Under the pieces are notes generated by a model, which was given only the letters and a program-made list of their open reading frames with translations, searched no databases and was not told where the DNA came from. A stretch of 64,000 nucleotides of DNA from the NCBI GenBank assembly GCA_965249115.1, contig CBDFLI010000002.1:1561859-1625858 (forward strand). The letters are read 5' to 3'. This DNA is from Dehalococcoidia bacterium. GTDB lineage: Bacteria > Chloroflexota > Dehalococcoidia > Lucifugimonadales > QGNO01. Each line of letters opens with the position of its first letter. Positions within the stretch are counted from its first letter, which is position 1. This document shows positions 46,519 to 55,288 of the stretch, in pieces. A program made the position numbers and the translations under genes.

Positions 46519-48444
46519 TCAATTTCGTGGACCGGCAAGCCCTGAATCGGGAGGCAAAAGTGTACCATCAAGGCGTGTAAGGCCGTCCGTGCGCCATGAG
46601 TCCTCATCATCTCCAAACTGTTGCTCATAGAGCCTGGAGTACAACCCCCGTTCCTTCACCAGTTGCTGGTGCTTGCCCTGCTCGACAATCTTTCCACGAT
46701 CGACAACAAAAATCACATCCGCTGCCATGATCGTGGAGAGACGATGGGCGATGGCTATTGTGGTGCGTCCCTTCATAAGGGGTCCCAAGGCCGCTTGAAC
46801 ATAGCGCTCACTCGAGGTATCGAGGGCGGATGTCGCCTCGTCCAAGACCAATATCCTCGGCTGGTGCAGAATGACCCGCGCTATGGCCAGGCGTTGGCGC
46901 TCACCTCCCGATAGGCGATACCCGCGCTCGCCGACGACGGTATCGTAACCATCAGGGAACTCCAGGATACGGTTATGAATGAACGCCGCTTTCGCGGCAT
47001 TTTCTATCTCCTCCTGACTCGCCGTGGGATTGCCATAGAGCAGGTTGTGACGGAGGCTAGCATGGAACAGGTAACTCTCCTGTGAAACGTAGCCAATTAT
47101 TTGAGCCAGGCTAGATAGTTTTATGTTCCGGAGATCAATTCCATCTATTTGGACTTTACCCCGTGAAGGATCGTACAGCCTGGGGATCAGATACGAAATC
47201 GAAGTCTTACCTCCACCGCTAGGCCCGACAAAGGCTGCAAGCTGACCAGGCTGTATCTCGAAACTCACTCCGTCCAAAGCCCATGTCTGGCCTTCGCCCT
47301 CCAATACCTCGCCGTTTTTATCCCAGGCCACGGCGGCACGGTATTGGAGGTGCACCCTGTCGAAGGTGACCTTGCCTGATGTCCGATCAGGGGTCAATTG
47401 TTGGGCACCGGGCGAGTCGACGATTTCGGACACGATGTCCAAGTACCCAAAAATACGCTCAAAGAGGGCCATAGATGCCTGGAGTTCCACAGACACCTGA
47501 AGAAGGCTACCGATCGGGAAGAAGAGCCTGGCCTGTAGGGTGGTGAAGGCAACGATGGTGCCAGGGGATAAGCTGGTCCCAGTACCAGTGAGTAGGTACC
47601 CCGCCGAAAGGTACACTGCAACGGGGACCAGCGAAAAGAAGATCTGAACTGATGCAAAGAACGCCTGACCAGTCATCCGTCGACGGACGGTGAGGTCTGA
47701 CAACCGCTGATTCTCTTGGTGGAAACGGTCGACCTCCTGATCTTGGCGACCAAACAGCTTGGCCAACATGATGCCAGAGATCGAGAGCGTCTCTTGCGTG
47801 ATCGCAGTAACTTCCGCAGCGGACCGCTGGGCGTCAGCAGCGACTGCGCGGCGTCGGGCCCCCACCGTTCTGGACAATAACGCGAATATGGGAACGGTGC
47901 CGATGGCCACCAGCGTCAGTTGCCAGGACAGCACCAGCATGGCGATAAGTGTGCTGATGAAGATTACCGTATTCGCGGTGATGCTCGATACGGTGTCCGT
48001 CACCACGGTCTGTACACCACCGACATCGTTGGAAATGCGAGACTGAACATCGCCGGTACGAGTGCCGGTAAAAAAGTTAAAAGACAGGTCCTGGAGGTGC
48101 CGATAAAGCCTGTCCCTGAGGTCTCTCATCACCCTTTGGCCGACATGATTCGTGAGATAGGTCTGAGCGACTCCAAGGCTGCCAGTGACCACAGTAATAG
48201 TCGCCATGATCCCTGCCAGTAGCCACAAAAGCCCCATGTTTGGCGTCCCACTGGAAGGGAAAAGGGCGGAGTCGAAAACAACCCGAATCAGCAAGGGATT
48301 GACCACACCCAAGCCTGCCGTCACGACTATCAGCAGGCCTACGAAAGTTACCTGTTGCTTGTATGGCTGGAAAGTCCGGACGATCCTCTTGACCATTCCC
48401 GATTTGACCAAAGGACCGCTATTATCAGGTTGGCCCAACATCAC
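46519..48444 (-). CDS. ABC exporter, fused permease/ATPase (MsbA-like)
   Basis: A six-TM N-terminal half is followed by Walker A GPSGGGKTS, the signature LSGGERQR and Walker B ILVLDEATSALD. Confidence 0.85.
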   Translation of the reverse strand: MMLGQPDNSGPLVKSGMVKRIVRTFQPYKQQVTFVGLLIVVTAGLGVVNPLLIRVVFDSALFPSSGTPNMGLLWLLAGIMATITVVTGSLGVAQTYLTNHVGQRVMRDLRDRLYRHLQDLSFNFFTGTRTGDVQSRISNDVGGVQTVVTDTVSSITANTVIFISTLIAMLVLSWQLTLVAIGTVPIFALLSRTVGARRRAVAADAQRSAAEVTAITQETLSISGIMLAKLFGRQDQEVDRFHQENQRLSDLTVRRRMTGQAFFASVQIFFSLVPVAVYLSAGYLLTGTGTSLSPGTIVAFTTLQARLFFPIGSLLQVSVELQASMALFERIFGYLDIVSEIVDSPGAQQLTPDRTSGKVTFDRVHLQYRAAVAWDKNGEVLEGEGQTWALDGVSFEIQPGQLAAFVGPSGGGKTSISYLIPRLYDPSRGKVQIDGIDLRNIKLSSLAQIIGYVSQESYLFHASLRHNLLYGNPTASQEEIENAAKAAFIHNRILEFPDGYDTVVGERGYRLSGGERQRLAIARVILHQPRILVLDEATSALDTSSERYVQAALGPLMKGRTTIAIAHRLSTIMAADVIFVVDRGKIVEQGKHQQLVKERGLYSRLYEQQFGDDEDSWRTDGLTRLDGTLLPPDSGLAGPRN

Positions 48445-48763
48445 GCGCTTGCACCCATCTGAATATTATAGAGTAAGGATTCCGTCACACCTAATCCCAA
48501 CATTGCGGACCAACAGGACCCGCGTGATATCTTCGCGACCGTCTGACACCGTGTCATCAGTGATATCGCATATAGTTGAGCCAGTTGGCGTTGTTGGCGT
48601 CCGGACCCGCCTTCTGATTCTCGGCCACGCAGTGGGTAGTGGGTCGAGTTGCAGGATAGCTTGTGTTTCGCTCCGCGATTATAATACAGGCCTATAAAGT
48701 AGTCAGACTTCAGCTCATGGGTTGCCCCGCTTGGGTTAATAAGGATGCAGTAACCAGATAACC

Positions 48764-50215
48764 ATGTACACACCAACGTTGGAACAAGTGAAGACGCTGG
48801 CCCAACAGGGGGATGGCAACCTGGTCCCCGTGTACCGAGATATCAGCGCGGACCTGGAGACACCCGTGTCCGCCTTCCTGAAGATCGCACGAGGGCCCTA
48901 CTCATTTTTACTGGAGAGCGTAGAAGGGGGGGAACGGCAGGCACAGTACAGCTTCATAGGGACTGAGCCGTACCGCCTGCTCAAGACCGGCCCGGGCACT
49001 GAGACGGGTCCCATAGACCCCCTGCCGCCCATCGAGCAGGAGCTGTCTACCCACAAGTCGGTGACAGTGGAAGGGCTGCCCCGTTTCATTGGTGGCGCCA
49101 TGGGCTACCTGAGCTACGAGTGCGTGAGCTACTTCGAGCCCCGGGTGCCCCCTGCCGGAGAAGACCCCCTGGGTCTGCCGGAGTCTGTGTTCATGTTCAC
49201 GGACACGCTACTGGTGTTTGACCACCTGCACCACAAGATAAGGATAGTGAGCCACGTCCACCTGGACCTGGGCGCTGAAGAGGGATATGCGCAAGCTGTG
49301 GAACGCATCGAGACGTTGGCTCTGCGCCTGGAGGAGCCGTTACGACTGCCGCACAAGGTGCCCGCTGACAGCGCTCCGGCCGAGCCGACCTCCAACTTCA
49401 CCAAGGAGGCGTTCCAGGACGTGGTACGCCGCTGCAAGGAGTACATAGTAGCCGGTGACATCATCCAGGTTGTGCCGTCCCTGCGGTGGGCCAGACCCAC
49501 AACGGCGGCTCCCTTCGACATCTACAGGGCGCTCCGTGCCCTGAACCCGTCGCCGTACATGTACTTCCTCACCCTGGACGATTTCTACATTATAGGTGCC
49601 TCGCCGGAGGCCCTGGTGACCGTAGAGGACGGGGTGGTGCGCAACTTTCCGCTGGCCGGAACACGCAGACGGGGCGCGACGCCGGAGGAGGACGAGGCGC
49701 TGGCCCAGGAGCTACGCACCGACGAGAAGGAGCGTGCCGAGCACATCATGCTGGTGGACCTCGGTCGCAACGACGTGGGGCGGGTCTCGGAACCCGGCTC
49801 GGTGGAGGTCACGGACCTGATGCGGGTGGTCCGCTACTCCCACGTCATGCATCTGGAGTCGGAGATTCACGGACGCCTTCGTGCCGACCGCACGATATAC
49901 GACGCCCTGCGGTCGTGCATGCCCGCGGGCACCCTCTCGGGCGCACCGAAGATAAGGGCCATGGAGATCATCGCGGAGATGGAGCGGGAAAGGCGCGGCC
50001 CCTATGGAGCGGCGGTGGGCTACTTCGGTTTCCAGGGCAACATGGACACGGCGATCCCCATCCGGACCATCGTCATGAAGGACGGCGTGGCCCACGTGCA
50101 GGCAGGCGGCGGAATCGTGTACGACAGCGACCCTGAGGCGGAGTACGAGGAGACGGTCAACAAGGCGATGGCGCCCCTGCGTGCTATCCAGACGGCGGAG
50201 GAGGGTGGAGTATGA
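48764..50215 (+). CDS. trpE: Anthranilate synthase component I
   Basis: The sequences [24 protein letters not shown] and [11 protein letters not shown] are present. Confidence 0.9.
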   Translation: MYTPTLEQVKTLAQQGDGNLVPVYRDISADLETPVSAFLKIARGPYSFLLESVEGGERQAQYSFIGTEPYRLLKTGPGTETGPIDPLPPIEQELSTHKSVTVEGLPRFIGGAMGYLSYECVSYFEPRVPPAGEDPLGLPESVFMFTDTLLVFDHLHHKIRIVSHVHLDLGAEEGYAQAVERIETLALRLEEPLRLPHKVPADSAPAEPTSNFTKEAFQDVVRRCKEYIVAGDIIQVVPSLRWARPTTAAPFDIYRALRALNPSPYMYFLTLDDFYIIGASPEALVTVEDGVVRNFPLAGTRRRGATPEEDEALAQELRTDEKERAEHIMLVDLGRNDVGRVSEPGSVEVTDLMRVVRYSHVMHLESEIHGRLRADRTIYDALRSCMPAGTLSGAPKIRAMEIIAEMERERRGPYGAAVGYFGFQGNMDTAIPIRTIVMKDGVAHVQAGGGIVYDSDPEAEYEETVNKAMAPLRAIQTAEEGGV

Positions 50216-50243
50216 GTGTAACTATCCTGAACGGGACACAACA

Positions 50244-50807
50244 GTGATCCTTCTCATAGACAACTACGACAGCTTCACGTACAACCTGTACCAGTTCCTC
50301 AGTGAGTTGGGCGCCGACGTGCGCGTCGTGCGCAACGACACCGTGAACCTGGAGGACATTCAGGCGATGGCGCCGGAGAAGATCGTCATATCGCCGGGGC
50401 CGCGCACGCCCGGTCAGGCGGGGATCTCCAACGACGTTGTACGGCACTTCGGGCCGGAGACGCCGACACTGGGCGTATGCCTGGGCCACCAGTGCATCGG
50501 CGAGGCCTTTGGCGCAACGGTGGGTTACGCGGGCGAGATCATGCACGGGAAGACGTCGGCCATCCACCACGACGGCAAGGGCGTATTCAGCGGCCTGCCC
50601 AACCCCCTGGAGGGCATACGGTACCACTCCCTGGCGGTGTACAAGGAGACGCTGCCACCGGAGCTGGAGGTCACGGCCTGGACGGACAGCGGCGTCATCA
50701 TGGGCCTACGGCACACGGAATACCCAATTGAGGGCATCCAGTTCCACCCGGAGTCCATCATGACTCAGTCGGGCATCGAGTTGCTGAAGAACTTTTTGGA
50801 AGGGTGA
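50244..50807 (+). CDS. trpG: Anthranilate synthase component II (glutamine amidotransferase)
   Basis: The start is the GTG at 50244. [23 protein letters not shown] (catalytic Cys) and FHPES are present. Confidence 0.9.
   Translation: MILLIDNYDSFTYNLYQFLSELGADVRVVRNDTVNLEDIQAMAPEKIVISPGPRTPGQAGISNDVVRHFGPETPTLGVCLGHQCIGEAFGATVGYAGEIMHGKTSAIHHDGKGVFSGLPNPLEGIRYHSLAVYKETLPPELEVTAWTDSGVIMGLRHTEYPIEGIQFHPESIMTQSGIELLKNFLEG
50771..50807 (+). repeat. trpG 3-prime tail, copy 1 of a reiterated junction sequence
   Basis: GGGCATCGAGTTGCTGAAGAACTTTTTGGAAGGGTGA. Copy 2 is at 51412-51448 (36/37 identical). Confidence 0.9.
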
Positions 50808-50861
50808 ACATCCACCATCGACAACACAGGGACCGCATAGGTCATCTTGGAACACAGTTTC

Positions 50862-50887
50862 CCGTATTCCCGTAAATACGGTATAAT
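50862..50887 (+). promoter_or_regulatory. Palindromic operator-like site abutting a TATAAT box
   Basis: CCGTATT-N6-AATACGG (50862-50881) is immediately followed by TATAAT (50882-50887), about 25 nt upstream of the antitoxin ATG. Confidence 0.4.
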
Positions 50888-50911
50888 GGGCGAAACTGGA
50901 GGTAAGAAAAC

Positions 50912-51166
50912 ATGGCGCAGAAAACGGCCAAGTTGACGGTTGATGTGGGTGACCCGCGCCTTTACAAAGCCATCAAGATATTGGCCATTGAGCGTGGCTC
51001 GACTCTGCGTGAAGTGGTGGTGGAAGCGCTCAGGGACTGGATAGGGAAGCAGGAGGACCTGGAAGACCTTGCGGCTATTGAGGAGGTGCGGGGAGAACCA
51101 ACGCGCCCAATAGAAGAACTTATAAGAGAGCTGGGCGACAGTGACCTACTCGGTAGTAACCAGTAG
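50912..51166 (+). CDS. Type II antitoxin (RHH/RelB-ParD-like)
   Basis: 84 aa. It overlaps the downstream RelE/ParE toxin gene, and the N-terminal beta-strand/helix pattern (KLTVDVGDPRLYKAIKILAIERGSTLREVVVEAL) fits an RHH fold. Confidence 0.6.
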   Translation: MAQKTAKLTVDVGDPRLYKAIKILAIERGSTLREVVVEALRDWIGKQEDLEDLAAIEEVRGEPTRPIEELIRELGDSDLLGSNQ

Positions 51167-51404
51167 ATCGGCTGATCGTGACATACGAAGGTTGGATGGA
51201 CGAATCCGCAGACAGGTGTTTGCAAAGATACTCGCCCTAAAAGACAACCCCCGTCCGCAAGACGTGAAGCTACTGCGCAGTCCTGGAAAACTCTACAGAG
51301 TCGCCAGTGGCGAGTATAGAATCCTGTACGAGATTAACGAAGCCACCAAGGTCGTGTTGGTGTTCAGAGTAGGCCACCGACGCGAGGTATATCGCAACCT
51401 TTGA
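51141..51404 (+). CDS. Type II toxin, RelE/ParE family
   Basis: 87 aa. LKDNPRPQDVKLLRSPGKLYRVASGEYRILYEINEATKVVLVFRVGHRREVY matches the RelE/ParE pattern. Confidence 0.75.
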   Translation: MTYSVVTSRSADRDIRRLDGRIRRQVFAKILALKDNPRPQDVKLLRSPGKLYRVASGEYRILYEINEATKVVLVFRVGHRREVYRNL

Positions 51405-51411
51405 TTTAGAT

Positions 51412-51448
51412 GGGCATCGAGTTGCTGAAGAACTTTTGGGAAGGGTGA
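51412..51448 (+). repeat. Relic copy 2 of the trpG 3-prime tail
   Basis: GGGCATCGAGTTGCTGAAGAACTTTTGGGAAGGGTGA differs from 50771-50807 by one substitution. Confidence 0.9.
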
Positions 51449-51453
51449 GAGGA

Positions 51454-51474
51454 GTATGGTACAATATACCATAC
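51454..51474 (+). promoter_or_regulatory. Palindromic operator-like site containing a TACAAT box
   Basis: GTATGGTA-caata-TACCATAC, with perfect 8-bp arms, lies 25 nt upstream of the RHH antitoxin start. Confidence 0.4.
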
Positions 51475-51498
51475 ATTGTTCTGGTAGGAGGTGGGTAT

Positions 51499-51756
51499 AT
51501 GCAAACCAAAGTGACTCTTTCTCTTGATGCGAAGTTGCTCCAGGAGGTGAGGCAGCTTGTTCAGGCAGGGGAAGCGAAATCTCAGAGCGAATTCTTTGAA
51601 AAAGCGCTGAGGGCGAAGCTGCAGCAAATAGAACGTGAGGAATGGGAGCGTTCATTGGAAGCGGCAAGTAAGGACCCTCTGTATCTTGCTGACATAGAGG
51701 AGGTCGAGCGCGACTTCAGGTACGCCGATGCAGAGTCGGCGAGAATGATTGAATGA
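51499..51756 (+). CDS. Type II antitoxin (ribbon-helix-helix, CopG-like)
   Basis: MQTKVTLSLDAKLLQEVRQLV...SQSEFFEKALR fits an RHH fold. Its stop overlaps the mazF start (ATGA). Confidence 0.65.
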   Translation: MQTKVTLSLDAKLLQEVRQLVQAGEAKSQSEFFEKALRAKLQQIEREEWERSLEAASKDPLYLADIEEVERDFRYADAESARMIE

Positions 51757-52106
51757 ACCCTCCGTGGCGCTGGCGGTTGTTCGTCGCGAATCTTGATCCC
51801 GTTGTAGGGTCGGAGCAGGCAGGTACAAGGCCTGTCATCATCATAAGCGATGAGGGCTATAATCGGCGGATGCCGCTGACCACTGTTTTGCCGCTTACCT
51901 CCAGAAAACCGGGACGCAATATATATCTTAACGAGGTCCTCTTGGAATCAGGCACTGCGGGACTATCTTTGGAGTCCATAGTCCTGGTGCCCCAGGTAAG
52001 GACGATTTCTAAAAGGAGGCTTTTGACCCCCCTGGGTTATTTGGACTCCCAAGATAAGCAGCAGCAGATCATGGAAGTTCTCAGGAAACATTTAGGCATG
52101 TGGTGA
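51753..52106 (+). CDS. mazF: Type II toxin, MazF/PemK endoribonuclease family
   Basis: FVANLDPVVGSEQAGTRPVIIIS...PLTS...VLVPQVRTISKRRL matches the MazF/PemK pattern. Confidence 0.85.
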   Translation: MNPPWRWRLFVANLDPVVGSEQAGTRPVIIISDEGYNRRMPLTTVLPLTSRKPGRNIYLNEVLLESGTAGLSLESIVLVPQVRTISKRRLLTPLGYLDSQDKQQQIMEVLRKHLGMW

Positions 52107-52140
52107 CTCTGGGCGGGAGTGAATATGGGAGCAAGCTATC

Positions 52141-52311
52141 ATGAGTAACGAGTTCACAGCGGTCGTAGAGCAAGAGAATGACTGGTACATAGCCTACTGC
52201 CCTGAGACCCCCGGTGCTAACGGCCAGGGCAAGACTCAGGGAGAGTGCCTGGCCAGCCTGGCAGATGCCATTGCGTTAATCCTGGAGGACCGGCGGGCAA
52301 GGAGTGGGTGA
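52141..52311 (+). CDS. HicB-like antitoxin (N-terminal domain only), no adjacent HicA
   Basis: 56-aa ORF, below the ORF-track cutoff. FTAVVEQENDWYIAYCPETPGANGQGKTQGECLASLADAIALILE matches the short HicB family pattern. Confidence 0.55.
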   Translation: MSNEFTAVVEQENDWYIAYCPETPGANGQGKTQGECLASLADAIALILEDRRARSG

Positions 52312-52331
52312 AGAATTTCTTAGAAGGGTAA
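52308..52331 (+). repeat. Degenerate relic copy 3 of the trpG tail, directly before trpD
   Basis: GTGAAGAATTTCTTAGAAGGGTAA matches CTGAAGAACTTTTTGGAAGGGTGA (50784-50807) at 19/24 positions. It still translates as VKNFLEG*. Confidence 0.65.
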
Positions 52332-52335
52332 AACA

Positions 52336-53349
52336 ATGATCCGCGAATCTATATCCGCGCTGGTGGAAGGCCGTGACATGACGCAGGACGAGGCCACCCA
52401 CGCCATGAACGAGATAATGGAGGGTGAGGCCACGCCCGCTCAGATAGCCGCCTTTGTCACCGCCCTGCGTATCAAGGGTGAGACCGTGGACGAGATCACG
52501 GGCATGGCCCAGGTCATGCGCGAGAAGTCGTTGAAGGTGACCACCGACGGCTACCTGGTGGACACCGCGGGGACCGGCGGCGACGGACAGAACACGATAA
52601 ACGTCTCCACCATCGCCGCCGTCGTGGCCGCCGCAGCGGGAGTCAAGATGGCAAAGCACGGGAACCGGGCCGCCTCCAGCGCCTGCGGCAGCGCCGAGGT
52701 CCTGGAGGGCATCGGCGTAAAGGTCGACCTAAGCCCCGAGGGCGTGAAGCGGTGCCTGGACGAGGTGGGCATAGGGTTCATGTTCGCGCCAGTGTTCCAC
52801 CCGGCCATGCGTCACGCCGGCCCACCGCGTCGTGAGATCGGCATCCGCACCGTGTTCAACATACTGGGACCGCTGACCAACCCGGCCGGAGCGGAGGCCC
52901 AGGTCCTGGGCGTGGCGGACCCTGCCCTGGGCGAAAAGATGGCCCAGGCGCTGAGCCGTCTGGGGACACGGCGGGCCATGGTGGTCCACGGTGACGACGG
53001 CATGGACGAGCTCTCCATCACCGGGCCGACGCAGGTGTGGGAGGTGTCGGGCGACAAGGTAAGGTCGTACACCGTTACGCCGGAGGACGCCGGGCTGGCA
53101 CGTTCAACCCTGGACAGCATCAAGGGAGGCTCGGTGGAGCGCAACGTGGAGGTGTTCCGAAGCGTGCTAGAGGGTGCAGGCGGGCCGCCACAGGACGTGG
53201 TGCTGCTCAACGCCGCCGCCACCCTGGTGGTGGCCGGTCAGGCGACCGACCTGAAGGACGGCGTCTCGAAAGCCAGAGAGGCCATTTCCAACGGCGCGGC
53301 GGCTGAGAAGTTGAAGTCGTTTGCCACGTTGAGCCAGGAGTTGAGCTAG
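52336..53349 (+). CDS. trpD: Anthranilate phosphoribosyltransferase
   Basis: The sequences VDTAGTGGDGQNTINVST, KHGNRAASS and NILGPLTNPA are present. Confidence 0.9.
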   Translation: MIRESISALVEGRDMTQDEATHAMNEIMEGEATPAQIAAFVTALRIKGETVDEITGMAQVMREKSLKVTTDGYLVDTAGTGGDGQNTINVSTIAAVVAAAAGVKMAKHGNRAASSACGSAEVLEGIGVKVDLSPEGVKRCLDEVGIGFMFAPVFHPAMRHAGPPRREIGIRTVFNILGPLTNPAGAEAQVLGVADPALGEKMAQALSRLGTRRAMVVHGDDGMDELSITGPTQVWEVSGDKVRSYTVTPEDAGLARSTLDSIKGGSVERNVEVFRSVLEGAGGPPQDVVLLNAAATLVVAGQATDLKDGVSKAREAISNGAAAEKLKSFATLSQELS

Positions 53350-53352
53350 TCG

Positions 53353-53615
53353 GTGGTATCACCTCCAAGAATCGTCTTTACTTCCCACGCCTTGCACAAG
53401 CTAGAGGTTTTGGCGGCTCACGGCTTTGCTATTGAACAGGAAGTGGTCAAAATGCAGTCAGAGAAGCCGATATGGTAGAGTCGGGATACGGAAGCAGAGA
53501 GATACGCCAGAAGCGCATATCACAAAGCCATGTATTACGAGTCGTTTGTGAAATCAGGGATAGCGAAATTACTGTGATAACAGTCTATCCCGGGAGGCGG
53601 GAGCGGTATGAGTAA
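53353..53615 (+). pseudogene. DUF4258-family putative toxin, frameshifted
   Basis: Frame 1 reads VVSPPRIVFTSHALHKLEVLAAHGFAIEQEVV...W*. Frame 0 continues with ...GYGSREIRQKRISQSHVLRVVCEIRDSEITVITVYPGRRERYE*. Together they resemble one DUF4258 protein. Confidence 0.5.
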
Positions 53616-53817
53616 GATTACATACAATCAGGATGTGGATGCCCTTCTGGTCGAACTTTCAGACGGTGATATCGACCATGCTGAGCAATCCGGAGAGCTC
53701 ATTGTGCATTTTTCGAAATCGGGAGAACCCGTTCTACTGGAAATCCTAGACGCCAAAGAGTTCATACTGGGTTCCCTAGCTACGGTTATGCGTGGTCCTG
53801 AGGCGAACACTACCTAA
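53608..53817 (+). CDS. DUF2283 family protein (putative antitoxin partner of DUF4258)
   Basis: ITYNQDVDALLVELSDGDIDHAEQSGELIVHFSKSGEPVLLEILDA matches the DUF2283 pattern. Its start overlaps the upstream stop. Confidence 0.7.
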   Translation: MSKITYNQDVDALLVELSDGDIDHAEQSGELIVHFSKSGEPVLLEILDAKEFILGSLATVMRGPEANTT

Positions 53818-53822
53818 GAGGC

Positions 53823-54626
53823 ATGGTCATAGCTACTATGCCTACTATTCTCGACCAAATTCTTGAAGCCAAGCGCCGGGAACTTGAGCGTCGCAAGCGG
53901 GATCAGCCCTTGGCCACCCTGGAGCAGCGCGCCAAGGAGACGCCGCTACCGCTGAACTTCTCGGGCGCTCTCTGGGGGCCGGACGTGCGCCTCATAGCCG
54001 AGGTCAAAAAGGCGTCGCCATCCAGGGGTCTGCTGGCCAGTGACTTCGACCCGGTGGGCCTGGCCCGGACCTACACTGAGAACGGCGCCGCCGCCGTTTC
54101 CGTGCTCACGGAGGTTGACCACTTCCAGGGCAGCCTGGAGCATATGGCCGGGGTGAAGGACGCCGTCGGGGATGCAGGCCTCCCAGTCCTGCGCAAGGAC
54201 TTCATCTTCGATCCTTACCAGGTGTACGAGGCCCGGACCTACGGCGCAGACGCCATACTATTGATAGTCGCCATGCTGGAGCCGACTCGACTCAAGGAAC
54301 TGATGGGCGTCGCACGGTCGGTGTGGGTCCAGGCGCTGGTAGAGGTGCATTCGGAAGAGGAGCTGGGAGTGGCCCTGGACGCCGGGGCTGAGGTCATAGG
54401 CGTCAACCACCGCGACCTGACCACCTTCGAGATGGACATGTCGCTGACACAACGGCTGCGCCCCCTCATACCCCAGGGCAAGGTCGTCGTGGCGGAGAGC
54501 GGCATCAGCAGCAGGGAGGACGTGGTCAGGATGAAGCAGGCGGGGGTCAACGCAGTGCTGGTGGGCGAGGCCCTGGTGACGGCATCTGATGTCGGGGCCA
54601 AGGTACGGGAGCTTGTTGGCAAATGA
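53823..54626 (+). CDS. trpC: Indole-3-glycerol phosphate synthase
   Basis: The sequences IAEVKKASPSRG, LRKDFIFDPYQVYEAR and GVNHRDL are present. Confidence 0.9.
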   Translation: MVIATMPTILDQILEAKRRELERRKRDQPLATLEQRAKETPLPLNFSGALWGPDVRLIAEVKKASPSRGLLASDFDPVGLARTYTENGAAAVSVLTEVDHFQGSLEHMAGVKDAVGDAGLPVLRKDFIFDPYQVYEARTYGADAILLIVAMLEPTRLKELMGVARSVWVQALVEVHSEEELGVALDAGAEVIGVNHRDLTTFEMDMSLTQRLRPLIPQGKVVVAESGISSREDVVRMKQAGVNAVLVGEALVTASDVGAKVRELVGK

Positions 54627-55288
54627 CTCACATTAAGATCTGCAGCGTGCAAGAAGCGGAGCATATGCTGGCCGCGGCGAAGGCCAGCGCCGACTTCGTG
54701 GGGTTGAACTTTGTGCCTGGTGTACGGCGTCGGCTGACGGAGGAGAAGGCCTCAAAGATGGTGCAGTCGTACAGGGCCAGATATGACCGCGCTGGCCCAA
54801 AGCTGGTGGGGATATTCGTTGACCAGCCGGTGGAAGAGGTGAACCGAATCCTTGAGGGGTGCGACCTGGACATGGCCCAGCTGGGCGGCCACGAGTCGGT
54901 GGAGTACATCGGCCAGGTGGCGCGACCCGTCATCAAGACGGTGCACGTGCCCGACGACCAGCCCGTGGAGTCGGTGGTGGCAAGTCTCGACTCCACCTTG
55001 ACGGATCTGGAGGCCATCGGTGCCACGCCGCTGCTTCACCCGAACGTCGGTGAGGCCCTGGGCGGCACGGGCGCATCCTTCGACTGGGAGATAGCGCGAC
55101 GGCTTGCCAAAGGACACCACTTCCTGCTGGCGGGCGGGTTGTCCCCGGACAACGTTGCGCTGGCAGTGCGCGACGTCCAGCCGTGGGGCGTGGACGTATC
55201 CAGCGGCGTTGAGACGGGCGGCATCAAGGACCCTGCCAAGATCGAAGCGTTCGTGTGGCAGGCACGGTCAGCCGAGGAGCAGATATGA
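54623..55288 (+). CDS. trpF: Phosphoribosylanthranilate isomerase
   Basis: IKICS...[11 protein letters not shown]...[11 protein letters not shown]...GVDVSSGVE matches the family. It overlaps both trpC and trpB as ATGA. Confidence 0.85.
   Translation: MTHIKICSVQEAEHMLAAAKASADFVGLNFVPGVRRRLTEEKASKMVQSYRARYDRAGPKLVGIFVDQPVEEVNRILEGCDLDMAQLGGHESVEYIGQVARPVIKTVHVPDDQPVESVVASLDSTLTDLEAIGATPLLHPNVGEALGGTGASFDWEIARRLAKGHHFLLAGGLSPDNVALAVRDVQPWGVDVSSGVETGGIKDPAKIEAFVWQARSAEEQI

Noticed and set aside
48445-48763. A search for a second T-box or attenuator leader upstream of trpE.
   Set aside because: I found no GGTGGnACC T-box sequence, no AGAGA/AGTA boxes, no Trp-codon leader peptide and no terminator hairpin. 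Only a TATAAT-like box near 48680 was seen, without a convincing -35.
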